Assembly (NCBI GenBank): GCA_963589235.1
Contig: CAVAJX010000058.1
Span: 1 to 35,063 of the forward strand
Direction of reading: 5' to 3'
Length of the DNA: 35,063 bases
Origin: a bacterium
GTDB lineage: Bacteria; Bacillota_I; Bacilli_A; RF39; UBA660
Shown here: piece after piece, positions 1-8,879 of the stretch
How positions within the stretch are numbered: position 1 is the stretch's first letter
Layout of the letters: every line of letters starts with the position of its first letter
The notes under the pieces: generated by a model
Seen by the model: only the letters and a program-made list of their open reading frames with translations
Databases searched by the model: none
What the model was told of the DNA's origin: nothing
Program-made: the position numbers and the translations under genes

Positions 1-10
1 ATAATAAAAG

Positions 11-37
11 TAAAAAGATAGAGATTATTCTCTATCT
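11..37 (-). terminator. Rho-independent terminator after the yabQ-like gene
   Basis: Perfect 9-bp stem AGATAGAGA/TCTCTATCT (16-24 / 29-37) with a 4-nt loop. On the minus strand it is followed by a T-run (plus-strand A-run 12-16). Confidence 0.65.
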
Positions 38-63
38 CGGCTGTGAATAGTAACACTTTACAG

Positions 64-339
64 TCACTTTTTACGTAAAAATCTAAAAAAAGAATAACTT
101 AAAAGAAATCCCAAAATTAAAAGTAATAAAAAATAAATATGTAAAATACCATTATTAATTAATTTAATACCTAAAAAATATATTAAAGAAAAATCAAATA
201 AAAACAAAAAGTTACCCAGTATTTTAATTTTCTTATTTTTATTGAACAATAATCCATAATTTAAATTAGTAAAAACACTAAGAATAGTTCCAAATAAAAA
301 TGAAAATACAAAACTATATATTTGTAGTTTTAAATTCAC
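64..339 (-). CDS. yabQ: Small hydrophobic membrane protein, YabQ-like (spore cortex biosynthesis)
   Basis: 91-aa multi-TM ORF. Its GTG start overlaps the yabP TAG by 1 nt (TAGTG). The call rests mainly on its position directly after yabP, as in Bacillus/Clostridium, plus its size and hydrophobicity. Confidence 0.55.
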   Translation of the reverse strand: MNLKLQIYSFVFSFLFGTILSVFTNLNYGLLFNKNKKIKILGNFLFLFDFSLIYFLGIKLINNGILHIYFLLLLILGFLLSYSFFRFLRKK

Positions 340-632
340 TACTTAAATAACCTATTAAAAATACTTTCTTCTTTATTCTTCTTAGTATTTTCTTCTACAT
401 AATTAATACCAGAAACATTTCCTTTTATTGAAACATTTCCTTGCAAAGTATCAAGTTTAACTAACTCTAATTCACTACCCTTAATAACCATAAAACCCAT
501 AATTGTTTCTAATAGAAATTGTTCATTATCAAAATTCTCTATTTTTTTAACTCCTGTAATTATCAAACTCTTTCTCTCAAACAAATTAATACCATGATTA
601 TAACTGTTAATACTATTTTCTTGTTTATCCAT
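339..632 (-). CDS. yabP: Sporulation protein YabP
   Basis: Aligns by eye to B. subtilis YabP (FDNEQFLLETIMG..IKG..L....L....G.VSIKG....Y, C-terminal FNRLFK). The ATG at 632 is preceded by AGGAGG. The track start at 680 adds 16 unsupported codons. Confidence 0.85.
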   Translation of the reverse strand: MDKQENSINSYNHGINLFERKSLIITGVKKIENFDNEQFLLETIMGFMVIKGSELELVKLDTLQGNVSIKGNVSGINYVEENTKKNKEESIFNRLFK

Positions 633-676
633 GCAATTCCTCCTAACAAAGTATATGACAAAAAGAAAATAATAGA

Positions 677-703
677 ACAAAAAAAAGATGCCTTAAGCAT
701 CTT
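677..703 (-). terminator. Rho-independent terminator after spoVG
   Basis: 7-bp stem AAGATGC/GCATCTT (685-691 / 697-703) with a 5-nt loop that overlaps the spoVG stop codon. A T8 run follows on the minus strand (plus A-run 677-684). Confidence 0.65.
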
Positions 704-974
704 CCTCTTCTGAATCGTCTTCAGCATTTTTATAAGCTTCTAAAATAGCTTCTTCAAACATAGCACGAACTTCTGGATTTATAGGATGAGCTATATCACG
801 ATAACCACCAGTAGCAGTCTTTCGGCTAGGCATTGCTATAAATAGTCCGTTGTCTCCTTCAATAATACGAATATCATGTACTGCAAAACTGTCATCTAGT
901 AATACAGAAGCAATACCCTTCATACGAGATCCTTCTTTTTCAATTTTACGTACATTTACAGATGTAATTTTCAT
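693..974 (-). CDS. spoVG: Septation/sporulation regulator SpoVG
   Basis: 93 aa with the characteristic SpoVG sequence: [11 protein letters not shown]...[31 protein letters not shown]...[14 protein letters not shown]. It has an acidic tail. Confidence 0.92.
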   Translation of the reverse strand: MKITSVNVRKIEKEGSRMKGIASVLLDDSFAVHDIRIIEGDNGLFIAMPSRKTATGGYRDIAHPINPEVRAMFEEAILEAYKNAEDDSEEEDA

Positions 975-1075
975 GTGAATTTTCCTCCCTCATAAAGTAT
1001 AATCACTTTATACAATTATTTTATAATATAAAACTATAAAAATCAAGCATTTTATAGCGAGTAAATATAGTAAAA

Positions 1076-2329
1076 TCAATAAAAAGAACAATAAATAATA
1101 ACATTATCCAAACTAGTATCAAAAGAGGCATTATATCTAGTAATTTTAAGATTCTTATCTAACAAATACTTATAATTATCTGTTCTATAAACTAATATAA
1201 TTTTACCAGTTTCATTCAAAATCTTATTCTTAATATTTAATAAAAACTCATAAAACAAAGAAGTATCACAATAATCACCAATATTACTTAAATAAATATA
1301 GTCAAATTTTTCCATATTATCTAAATCTAAGTCAAATAATGATGAAACATACATATTTAAAACAATATCATCTTTTAAAAGTAAACTCTTAAGTTTATTA
1401 TAATTATCCTCACTACTTAAATATAAATTATGAGTCCTAAAAAAATCAATTTTCCTACTAATATTATCCAAATTATTAAATTCATAAGAACAAGACCAAG
1501 AAATATTTTTTACAAATAACGAAACATCATCAGCATATAATGAAAATTTATTTATAATCCTATTTCTAATATCATCTTTTATAAAGGAACTATATTCATT
1601 AAATTTATAATAAATATTATCTAAATCTTTATACATAGTTATAAATTCTTCATAATTATATTTCTTAATCATAGCCCTTTTAATTTCAAAATAATAATAA
1701 GCATATTCATTAATATCAACCAAGGTCATATTTTTACAGCCAAAAAGACCTGAGTTAAAGAAAAAATCCCCTGAAGCAATTATCGAAAATATACTTTTAT
1801 TACTTAAATCAGCATCATTAAAAAATGTCTTATCCGTAAACATTAATTTTAAAGGTTCATTAGAAAATAAATAGACTCTAGATCTATGTGAAAATAAAGT
1901 ATCAATATCAAATAAATCATTAAATTTCTCATAATGAACACATCTATTAGAAAAATACTCTCTATACAAACCATCAAAATTATTACTTAAAATGTTATTT
2001 TTTAAACTTTCAGCATAATCAAAAACACTTTTTAAAGAGTTTAATTCTTCTAAATTTAATTTTTCATTGTCATATATTTTTATAAAAAAGCCTTCCTGAC
2101 AAGAAATTTCTAATGTTTTAATAAAACTATTAGGACCAAAGAATTCAAGTTCCATACTAACATCAGCTAACGTTACTGTGATAGATTCACCTACATTAAC
2201 AAACTTCAAAGAAAAAACTCCAGTTTTTTCACAAAAACTAGATAAAGACCGAATATAATAATTAACTTTTACTTTCCAATCAAGATGATTTTCTAAATAG
2301 AAAAAGAGATCTAACATATCATTATTCAT
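1076..2329 (-). CDS. Hypothetical protein; C-terminal half possibly a DUF3419/BtaA-like SAM-binding fold
   Basis: Uninterrupted 417-aa ORF with an ATG start and a GGTGA-type SD upstream. The segment IIASGDFF..G....MTLVDINEYAYYYFEIKRAMIKKYNYEEF and the later FDYIYLSNIGDY...LNETGKIILVY resemble class-I methyltransferase/DUF3419 motifs. This is from memory and unverified. Confidence 0.5.
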   Translation of the reverse strand: MNNDMLDLFFYLENHLDWKVKVNYYIRSLSSFCEKTGVFSLKFVNVGESITVTLADVSMELEFFGPNSFIKTLEISCQEGFFIKIYDNEKLNLEELNSLKSVFDYAESLKNNILSNNFDGLYREYFSNRCVHYEKFNDLFDIDTLFSHRSRVYLFSNEPLKLMFTDKTFFNDADLSNKSIFSIIASGDFFFNSGLFGCKNMTLVDINEYAYYYFEIKRAMIKKYNYEEFITMYKDLDNIYYKFNEYSSFIKDDIRNRIINKFSLYADDVSLFVKNISWSCSYEFNNLDNISRKIDFFRTHNLYLSSEDNYNKLKSLLLKDDIVLNMYVSSLFDLDLDNMEKFDYIYLSNIGDYCDTSLFYEFLLNIKNKILNETGKIILVYRTDNYKYLLDKNLKITRYNASFDTSLDNVIIYCSFY

Positions 2330-2368
2330 ATCCTATCACCATAACAATTATAGCAAAACCATTCCTTA

Positions 2369-2581
2369 CTAATCAATTATTTCTAAACTATCAACAAGTA
2401 AATCACTATAACTAAATGACTTAACTTTACTATTGTCTAATGTAATAATAAAAATAGCTGGATATAAATCAGTTATAATACCTTGAAACTCATCAACTTG
2501 ATTCCTAGTACCCTTAAATCTAAATGAATGAACAATACCCTTATTACTAGCCACATACTCCTTTATTTTATCAAGTGTCAT
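2369..2581 (-). CDS. veg: Veg-family small protein
   Basis: 70 aa. It follows yabG as in B. subtilis, with a 4-nt overlap. It shows Veg-like motifs (..G.....F...G.RN.......GII.DLYPAIFII.LD...). Confidence 0.7.
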   Translation of the reverse strand: MTLDKIKEYVASNKGIVHSFRFKGTRNQVDEFQGIITDLYPAIFIITLDNSKVKSFSYSDLLVDSLEIID

Positions 2582-3360
2582 CTTGGATACCCTACATACA
2601 TAGTACCATTAGTTATAATACCACCTATGCCATCCTTACCATATTTTGTTTTTTCTATTAAATGAATCAAATCAATACTTTTATTTCTATCCGACAATGC
2701 CAAAGAAGACGCAATAATAGCCGGATCAAGTGCATGAATATTAATTCTTTTTGGACTAGACGCAAAGTTAGCACCAGCTTTTATCAATTCTTCATAATTA
2801 GACTGACAAGCACCAGCTATTATAATTAATTTATCATGACTTTTCTCATATTTTCTAGCAACCTTAACAGCATCTATAAAATTAATAGTATTTTGATAAT
2901 TATTATTATCTTTCATATCATCTTTTTTTGAATAGTACGCATCATGTCCTGTAACTACAACAATATCCGGTTGAAACTCTTCAAGTAAAGCTAAAATCTT
3001 ATTAGGCATTTCTATTTCTTTCAAAGTAATACCATTAGCTTTAACATTCATATCTTCATAAAACTTCATACATCTTTCTAAATAATCATTATCACCATCT
3101 ATATGAAGTATTTTACCAGGTAAATAAAAATACTGACTTCTATCAATATTCAAATCTCTTACATTCTTTTCTATAATACTTTTATCATCATTTTCTTTAT
3201 GATCTAAAACTTTAACTAAGTCATCAATATAAGAATCAGCAACTAGTCTCAAATCAACACCTTTTAAAAATACAATATCTCCTTCAAAACCAACAATTTT
3301 AAATAAAATATCATGTTCATGTGATATTCTAGTTACCTGGTCACCTATTTTTAAATTCAA
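2578..3360 (-). CDS. yabG: Sporulation-specific protease YabG (peptidase U57)
   Basis: 260 aa. Strong by-eye match to B. subtilis YabG along the full length: IGD.V.R.S...D.LF.I.G; LPGK.LH.DGD..YL..C...Y; PDI.V.TGHDAY; II.AGACQS..E.LI.AGANFASSP.R.NIHALDP. Confidence 0.9.
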   Translation of the reverse strand: MNLKIGDQVTRISHEHDILFKIVGFEGDIVFLKGVDLRLVADSYIDDLVKVLDHKENDDKSIIEKNVRDLNIDRSQYFYLPGKILHIDGDNDYLERCMKFYEDMNVKANGITLKEIEMPNKILALLEEFQPDIVVVTGHDAYYSKKDDMKDNNNYQNTINFIDAVKVARKYEKSHDKLIIIAGACQSNYEELIKAGANFASSPKRINIHALDPAIIASSLALSDRNKSIDLIHLIEKTKYGKDGIGGIITNGTMYVGYPR

Positions 3361-3384
3361 AATATCCCTCCCAATTAAGTATAT

Positions 3385-3412
3385 AAAAAAAAGAGCAGCA
3401 ATATTACTCTTT
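3385..3412 (-). terminator. Possible weak intrinsic terminator after the SleC-like gene
   Basis: 6-bp stem AAAGAG/CTCTTT (3390-3395 / 3407-3412) with an 11-nt loop. A T-run follows on the minus strand (plus A-run from 3385). The stem is AT-rich and overlaps the stop codon. Confidence 0.35.
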
Positions 3413-4759
3413 CTGTTTTGAATATTCTACAATAGTATACCAAGTAACCGGATCTATAACACCCGTCATCTCTTGATTAAATATTGACTGTATTTTCATT
3501 ACTGACCTTTCCATTAAGTCATCAAATATTCCAGATACTCTAACTCCAGGAATATTACCAGTTTGCTGACAAATTTTTAATAAAAACCTTTGTATAATTC
3601 TAACATCATCACCAGACATCCCTAGAGCTAATAATCTACCTTGAAACAACTCATCTTCATACTGAGCATACTCTTCTGGAATATTACGTATTGTCTCTCT
3701 ATACACCGTAACCAATTCATTCCAAGTATCAGCATCAACTACACCAGTAGCTGGCAGACCATATTTTTTCTGAAAGTTTATTACCATTGCCTTAGTATTA
3801 TCGTTAAAGACACTATTAAGTCTTAAACTTGGTAAATCTGGAGCAAAATAAGCAATTGTTAATAAAACATAATGTAATACTTGAACTCCTAAACCAACAT
3901 CTGAATACTTAAGTTCATTACCATAATCATAAATAGCCTCTTCTTCACCTATTCCTTCTGAATAAATATCATTAACCCTTTTAACAGCATTATAAATATA
4001 CTTTATTTTATACCAAGTAGAATAATCAACAATACCAGTAGGATTCAAGTTAAATATTTCTTGAAATTTTTTTACACTATTTTGCGTATAAACACCAAAG
4101 ACACCATTGATTCTAGGAATCTTAGGAATAGCTGGATAATTATTTGATATTCTATTTAATTCTCTCTGTATTATTCTTACCTTATCACCAGCATTACCAA
4201 GTTCAATAGGATAACCCGGATAAGCACCAAACACTTCCCCTGTCGGAGCATCTTCTTTTATATTAACATCATTACCATAATAATATTTTAATATTTCTAA
4301 AGGAGTTTTATTTTGTCTTGCCAAAGAGACACTTCCCCATTGCGATAACCCGTTACAAGTAGTAACTTTTCCATCACAATAAACAGCATTTAAAGGTTGT
4401 ATCTGACCAGTACGATAAATATAATTGTTAAATATTTGATCTACTTTTTTAGAAATAGTATCAAATACTTGTCTATTCTTAACAAATGACTGATCATATG
4501 CCGGTAAAGATGTAATATCAAATGTATAACCTTTACTAGGATACCATTCATTATAAATACGATTTAACGCAAATGATATTTGCGCAAGTATATTTGCCTC
4601 TATCGCACTATCAGGCCAAGTAGGATAAATTTCATTAGAAGCTACGTTTTTGATATAATCAACAAAAGGTAAACTTAAATTTTCAGCGGCCTCATCAGGA
4701 GCCCCTAAATGTACTACTATCTCAGTTGGAATAGTAGGATAATTAATAACACCATTCAT
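3404..4759 (-). CDS. SleC-like spore cortex-lytic enzyme: catalytic region plus three PG_binding_1 repeats
   Basis: The N-terminal 260 aa resemble the mature part of clostridial SleC, recalled from memory (P.EIVVH.G.P.......L.F.DYIKNVAS.EIY.TWP..AI.AN..A.ISF.LNR...EWY...GY.F.ITS..AYD..F...R..F; YCDG....C.GLSQWGS). Three peptidoglycan-binding repeats follow (GD.V..IQ..LN.I...YP.IP....G.F......V..FQ..F.L...G.VD..TW). The ATG is preceded by AGGTGA. Confidence 0.75.
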   Translation of the reverse strand: MNGVINYPTIPTEIVVHLGAPDEAAENLSLPFVDYIKNVASNEIYPTWPDSAIEANILAQISFALNRIYNEWYPSKGYTFDITSLPAYDQSFVKNRQVFDTISKKVDQIFNNYIYRTGQIQPLNAVYCDGKVTTCNGLSQWGSVSLARQNKTPLEILKYYYGNDVNIKEDAPTGEVFGAYPGYPIELGNAGDKVRIIQRELNRISNNYPAIPKIPRINGVFGVYTQNSVKKFQEIFNLNPTGIVDYSTWYKIKYIYNAVKRVNDIYSEGIGEEEAIYDYGNELKYSDVGLGVQVLHYVLLTIAYFAPDLPSLRLNSVFNDNTKAMVINFQKKYGLPATGVVDADTWNELVTVYRETIRNIPEEYAQYEDELFQGRLLALGMSGDDVRIIQRFLLKICQQTGNIPGVRVSGIFDDLMERSVMKIQSIFNQEMTGVIDPVTWYTIVEYSKQKE

Positions 4760-4761
4760 AA

Positions 4762-5166
4762 TTATTCACCTGCACCTTCAAATGAAGAACTTGTTATTGG
4801 AAACTGTATTGGTTGAATAATTTTTACATCATCAAAAATATATATAACATAATCTTTAGTCTCATTAGTATTTATATTTTTAGCAGTAATGTTATAAGTA
4901 GTAGAAACAATATCATCAGCAGACTCTACATCACTCTTCATTTCCTTTGTCGGTAAACTGATATTATCAATAATACCAGAAGAATCAGTAACACCTTCAT
5001 AAAAAACAACTCGTTTACCATCAATATCTTTATAAATAGTAATATCAACATCTTTCAAAGGAAAAGCCTGATTAGCAGTAAATACTTGAACTTTTAAAAG
5101 TCCAGAACCAGTATTTTGACTAGCAAAATCTGGATAATTTTTACTATCATACAAAGTATCATTCAT
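4762..5166 (-). CDS. SleC N-terminal pro-domain-like protein (carboxypeptidase-regulatory-like beta-sandwich), encoded as a separate ORF
   Basis: 134 aa from the ATG at 5166 (SD AAAGGGTG upstream); the track start at 5175 is a GTG. The segment GLLKVQVFTANQAFPLKDVDITIY...GVTDSSG resembles the N-terminal pre-pro region of clostridial SleC. Its stop lies 2 nt before the ATG of the catalytic ORF, in a different frame. Confidence 0.6.
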   Translation of the reverse strand: MNDTLYDSKNYPDFASQNTGSGLLKVQVFTANQAFPLKDVDITIYKDIDGKRVVFYEGVTDSSGIIDNISLPTKEMKSDVESADDIVSTTYNITAKNINTNETKDYVIYIFDDVKIIQPIQFPITSSSFEGAGE

Positions 5167-5182
5167 ATAAAACACCCTTTCT

Positions 5183-6013
5183 TTATATTATTAATTTTTG
5201 ACCAAGTGAAAGTAAATTACTAGTCAAATTATTTTTTCTTTTAATGGCATCTACTGTAGTATCAAACTTTCTTGCTATAGAATAAAGACTATCTCCAGCT
5301 TGAACAGTATAATAAGTATCACCAGTACTTGGAATTTTTAAAACTTGACCTATTGATAAATTATTAGTACTAAGATTATTAAGAGATTTTATTTCTGAAA
5401 CACTAGTATTATATTTTCTAGCTATTGAATAAAGATTATCACCTGATTTAACAGTATAAGTAATATAATCCTCCGGAACAACAAAGTCTTCACCATAACA
5501 CTCTTCAACTGAAGAAACACCTTTATTATCGTCTACTATTAAGACCTGACCTATTGATAATACATCAGTCTTTAAATTATTATCTTTTTTAATTTTATCT
5601 ACTGTAGTTCCAAATTTATTCGCAATACTATATAAACTATCACCAGCTTGAACAGTATAATTTACATAGTCTGACATTGTTGTATTATCACTATCATCCA
5701 TGTAACAAGGTATTCTAATTCTTTGTCCTATTGAAAGATTATTACTAGTTAAATTGTTATATCTCTTAATAGCGTCTACTGTAGTATCATATTTTTTTGC
5801 TATTGAATATAAATTATCCCCTTTAACAACAGTATAAATAACACATTCAGATGGATTATTTTCATCTCCTCTAGAAATAATAAGTACTTGTAATGGAACA
5901 ATATTATCATCAGATAAATTATTCAATTCCCTTAATTTCTGTACACTAGTGTTAAACTGTCTAGATATTCCATACAACGTATCACCTTTCTGAACTACAT
6001 ACGTATTATTCAT
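5183..6013 (-). CDS. Protein made of five LysM peptidoglycan-binding repeats, with no catalytic domain or signal peptide
   Basis: Five copies of the YTV..GD.LY.IA.K..T.V..I...NNL....L..GQ.L.I motif. The ATG at 6013 has GGAG upstream. The track start at 6052 adds 13 unsupported codons. Confidence 0.85.
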   Translation of the reverse strand: MNNTYVVQKGDTLYGISRQFNTSVQKLRELNNLSDDNIVPLQVLIISRGDENNPSECVIYTVVKGDNLYSIAKKYDTTVDAIKRYNNLTSNNLSIGQRIRIPCYMDDSDNTTMSDYVNYTVQAGDSLYSIANKFGTTVDKIKKDNNLKTDVLSIGQVLIVDDNKGVSSVEECYGEDFVVPEDYITYTVKSGDNLYSIARKYNTSVSEIKSLNNLSTNNLSIGQVLKIPSTGDTYYTVQAGDSLYSIARKFDTTVDAIKRKNNLTSNLLSLGQKLII

Positions 6014-6050
6014 AGAATTACTCCTTTCATTAATATATATGAAAAAAGTC

Positions 6051-6074
6051 AAAAAAAAACCCGTATTTTTCGGG
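6051..6074 (-). terminator. Rho-independent terminator after rsmA
   Basis: Minus strand reads CCCGAAAAATACGGG followed by T9 (plus CCCG 6060-6063, CGGG 6071-6074, A-run 6051-6059). Confidence 0.55.
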
Positions 6075-6081
6075 CAAATAA

Positions 6082-6885
6082 CTATTTAGTACATAATTCA
6101 TTAGCTAAATCAACAAATACCTTAACAGGTAAAGCCTCAGCTCTTACAGATAAATCATAGCCAGACTTCTGTAAAACCATATTAACTTTTTCTAAATCAT
6201 AACCTACTAAATTATTCTTAATAGTCTTTCTTTTTTGTTGAAAACTATCTCTAACTAATTTCTCAAAAAATTGACCATCTAAAAGTTCATACTTATTTTC
6301 TTTTTCTTTAAAAGAAATAATAACACTATCTACATTAGGTACTGGAACAAATTCATTCCTAGAAACCAAGAACTCCTTATGAGCATCAAAATAATACTGT
6401 AATAAAACAGATATTGAACCATATGACTTATTACCAGGACCAGTTGTAAATCTATCACCAACTTCTTTTTGAACCATCATAACTATTCTTTTAAATTTCA
6501 ATTTGCTATCTATAAGTTTCAAAATAATTGGCGTTGTTATATAATAAGGAACATTACTAACAAAATACAAATTTTCATAATCATATTTTGAAACATCACC
6601 ACATAAATCAGAAGTTAAAAAGTCTTTAAACAAAACTTCTACGTTATTTAGACCCTCTAATCTACTATAAAGTTCATCTTTTAAATCTTCATCTATTTCA
6701 TAAGCTAGTACATTATCAGCTCTTTTAGCAAGTTCTCTAGTCATAATTGCGCCACCTGGACCAACTTCAATAACTAAAGATTTTTCTTTAATATCCGCAA
6801 CATCTACAATTCTTTTAACTACACTTATATTCTTCAAAAAGTTCTGTCCAAACTTTTTCTTAAAATCAACATTATATCTTTCCAT
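6082..6885 (-). CDS. rsmA: 16S rRNA (adenine1518/1519-N6)-dimethyltransferase RsmA/KsgA
   Basis: 267 aa with FGQNFL near the N-terminus, the VIEVGPG SAM motif and the NVPYYITTPI motif. Confidence 0.92.
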   Translation of the reverse strand: MERYNVDFKKKFGQNFLKNISVVKRIVDVADIKEKSLVIEVGPGGAIMTRELAKRADNVLAYEIDEDLKDELYSRLEGLNNVEVLFKDFLTSDLCGDVSKYDYENLYFVSNVPYYITTPIILKLIDSKLKFKRIVMMVQKEVGDRFTTGPGNKSYGSISVLLQYYFDAHKEFLVSRNEFVPVPNVDSVIISFKEKENKYELLDGQFFEKLVRDSFQQKRKTIKNNLVGYDLEKVNMVLQKSGYDLSVRAEALPVKVFVDLANELCTK

Positions 6886-6913
6886 TCAACATCACCCTTA
6901 TACATGTAAAAAA

Positions 6914-7567
6914 CTAAATAATTTCCAATTCTTCTTCCTTTGCTTTACTCTTCCATTTAGAAACTATTTTTAAAATATCAAATATTAAAATCGCAATAGC
7001 TGGTACTACTATTCCTAACATAAATCCATATGAAGTAGTTAAAAATCTTCTAACAGCACCAAGCTTAGGTATTTTTAAAATTACTTTTCCAAATATTCTA
7101 TCTTCCGCAACTATTGAAGGATCCATAATACTATTATTATCACCCTTAGTTCTAAATAAATATGCACCAGAACTAGATTTTTCTTTACTAACTATTCTAT
7201 GTGTAACAGTTAAATCTGGATAAGACGGATCAATAGATGAGAATGTTATTATATCACCTAATTCCAAATTTTTACCAGTTTCTCTTCTAATAACAATAGC
7301 GTCATCAACATTAATTGTTGGTACCATACTTTGAGAAACAATAATATAAGCATCAAATAATGGTGTTTTATTATTACCTTTACTTAAGTTATAAACCAAA
7401 TCACCAAAGTATAAAGCCATTACTAAACCAAAACCTACAAAGAAGACAAAAATTGCATATAAAAATGCCTGAGCTATAAAATGAAAAATATACTTTATTT
7501 TTTCAAAAGTACTCAACTCAGTCTGAAAATTATGCACTTTATCATTTAAATCAGCATGAATTCTCAT
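6914..7567 (-). CDS. sipW: SipW-type (ER/archaeal-type) signal peptidase I
   Basis: 217 aa. It has an N-terminal TM, a catalytic Ser box (IVSQSMVPT), a His box (VTHRIV), a GDNN box and a C-terminal TM. This is the Ser/His architecture typical of SipW rather than the Ser/Lys LepB type. The ATG is preceded by AGGAGG. Confidence 0.8.
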   Translation of the reverse strand: MRIHADLNDKVHNFQTELSTFEKIKYIFHFIAQAFLYAIFVFFVGFGLVMALYFGDLVYNLSKGNNKTPLFDAYIIVSQSMVPTINVDDAIVIRRETGKNLELGDIITFSSIDPSYPDLTVTHRIVSKEKSSSGAYLFRTKGDNNSIMDPSIVAEDRIFGKVILKIPKLGAVRRFLTTSYGFMLGIVVPAIAILIFDILKIVSKWKSKAKEEELEII

Positions 7568-7647
7568 GAAATTGCCTCCTAATCTATAACAATTATAATA
7601 CTTATCAAAGTTAAAAATCTATATTTTTACAAATAAAAAAGAACGCT

Positions 7648-8259
7648 TTACACGTCCAAATTATAATTAACTTTCACAATAGCCTTAAAATTTTTAGAAG
7701 AACTACCTATAACAGTCTCCTCATCAGTCCATATTTTAAGTCTATAATTATCACAAAATTGTTTAGTATCTTCAGTTGTATTTCTAAAAACACCAGAATA
7801 TAAAATCATACTATTACTTGAATTATCAGTATTAAAAATATTATTTTCTAAAGTAGAAGTAAAATAACTAGGATAATTATCAACAGGAACATATCTTCCA
7901 TTAACAAGTTTTTCTAAATATATTCTAACTTCATTATCACCAAGTAAAGCATAATCATCATCTTTAACTCTTTCTAACAACACTTCATAATTAATAGTAT
8001 TATTTAAAGACACATTAGAAATAACTTTAAAGTCTAAATAACTACTCATACCAATTCCTTCTGAGTCTTTCATCGGTAAAGTTCCAATTAAAGAAATACC
8101 ATCATCGTCAGTATCATAATCAATATAAACAATGTCTTTAGAATTTAAACTAGAATTAGGTTCAACTAAAACAGCATAACTAACACCAACTATCGCAACT
8201 ATTAAAATAGCCAGTCCTAGTATTGACAATAATAATTGTTTTGACAAAGTATTATCCAT
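7648..8259 (-). CDS. Secreted/anchored protein, paralog 3 of 3 (candidate SipW substrate, TasA/camelysin-like?)
   Basis: 203 aa with an N-terminal hydrophobic signal/anchor ending GVSYAVL. It shares motifs with the two upstream ORFs: LPMKDSEG, YLDFKV, NYEV, RIYLEK, NYRLKIWTDEE, VKV. Confidence 0.55.
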   Translation of the reverse strand: MDNTLSKQLLLSILGLAILIVAIVGVSYAVLVEPNSSLNSKDIVYIDYDTDDDGISLIGTLPMKDSEGIGMSSYLDFKVISNVSLNNTINYEVLLERVKDDDYALLGDNEVRIYLEKLVNGRYVPVDNYPSYFTSTLENNIFNTDNSSNSMILYSGVFRNTTEDTKQFCDNYRLKIWTDEETVIGSSSKNFKAIVKVNYNLDV

Positions 8260-8277
8260 AATACCACCGCCTCAAAA

Positions 8278-8865
8278 CTACTTATCTTTTCCAAATACAT
8301 CTACTTTTACAGAAACATAATAAACATTATCAGGAACAACAGTACTCTTTTCATCTAAAAATACTCTAAGACGGTAATTATCAACTGAATCACGTTTCTT
8401 AGTATCTTCTAATAGTACCATAGAACCAGCTGGAGTTGAAAGTTTACTACTCTTAGTAAGACCTTTAAAAACAGAAGGCCCAAATACTTTACTAAAAGAA
8501 CCAGAATTTTGTTTTTCTAAATAAAACTTAATCATATCACCAGTAACATTAGATTCATCTTCAATAATAGAAGCTGCTATTTCATAATTAATTTCATCAG
8601 AATCTTCCAACTTAGTATTAACAACAAAATCAAAATATTGTTCACTGGCCTTTCCAGGTGAATCTGTTAAAGGGACTAAATTAGTAAACTTAAATGTATT
8701 ACTATCAGTATAACTCATAGTAATTACACCAGGATTATATTCATCAACAGTATCATCCTTTTTATTACTTAAAAGACCAAATGCTAATACCACTATCAAA
8801 ATAACTAAAACACTAATTAATATAATCCAACAAATAACTTTTTTTGATACACCCTTTTTATCCAT
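8278..8865 (-). CDS. Secreted/anchored protein, paralog 2 of 3
   Basis: 195 aa with an N-terminal TM. Shared motifs: VPLTDSPG, YFDFVV, NYEI, KFYLEK, NYRLRVFLDE, VKVDV. Confidence 0.55.
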   Translation of the reverse strand: MDKKGVSKKVICWIILISVLVILIVVLAFGLLSNKKDDTVDEYNPGVITMSYTDSNTFKFTNLVPLTDSPGKASEQYFDFVVNTKLEDSDEINYEIAASIIEDESNVTGDMIKFYLEKQNSGSFSKVFGPSVFKGLTKSSKLSTPAGSMVLLEDTKKRDSVDNYRLRVFLDEKSTVVPDNVYYVSVKVDVFGKDK

Positions 8866-8879
8866 ATAAGTTAATCCTC

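Noticed and set aside
5183-6013. Repeated DNA segments occur within the LysM gene.
   Set aside because: They are the nucleotide shadow of five homologous LysM protein modules and not an independent repeat element.
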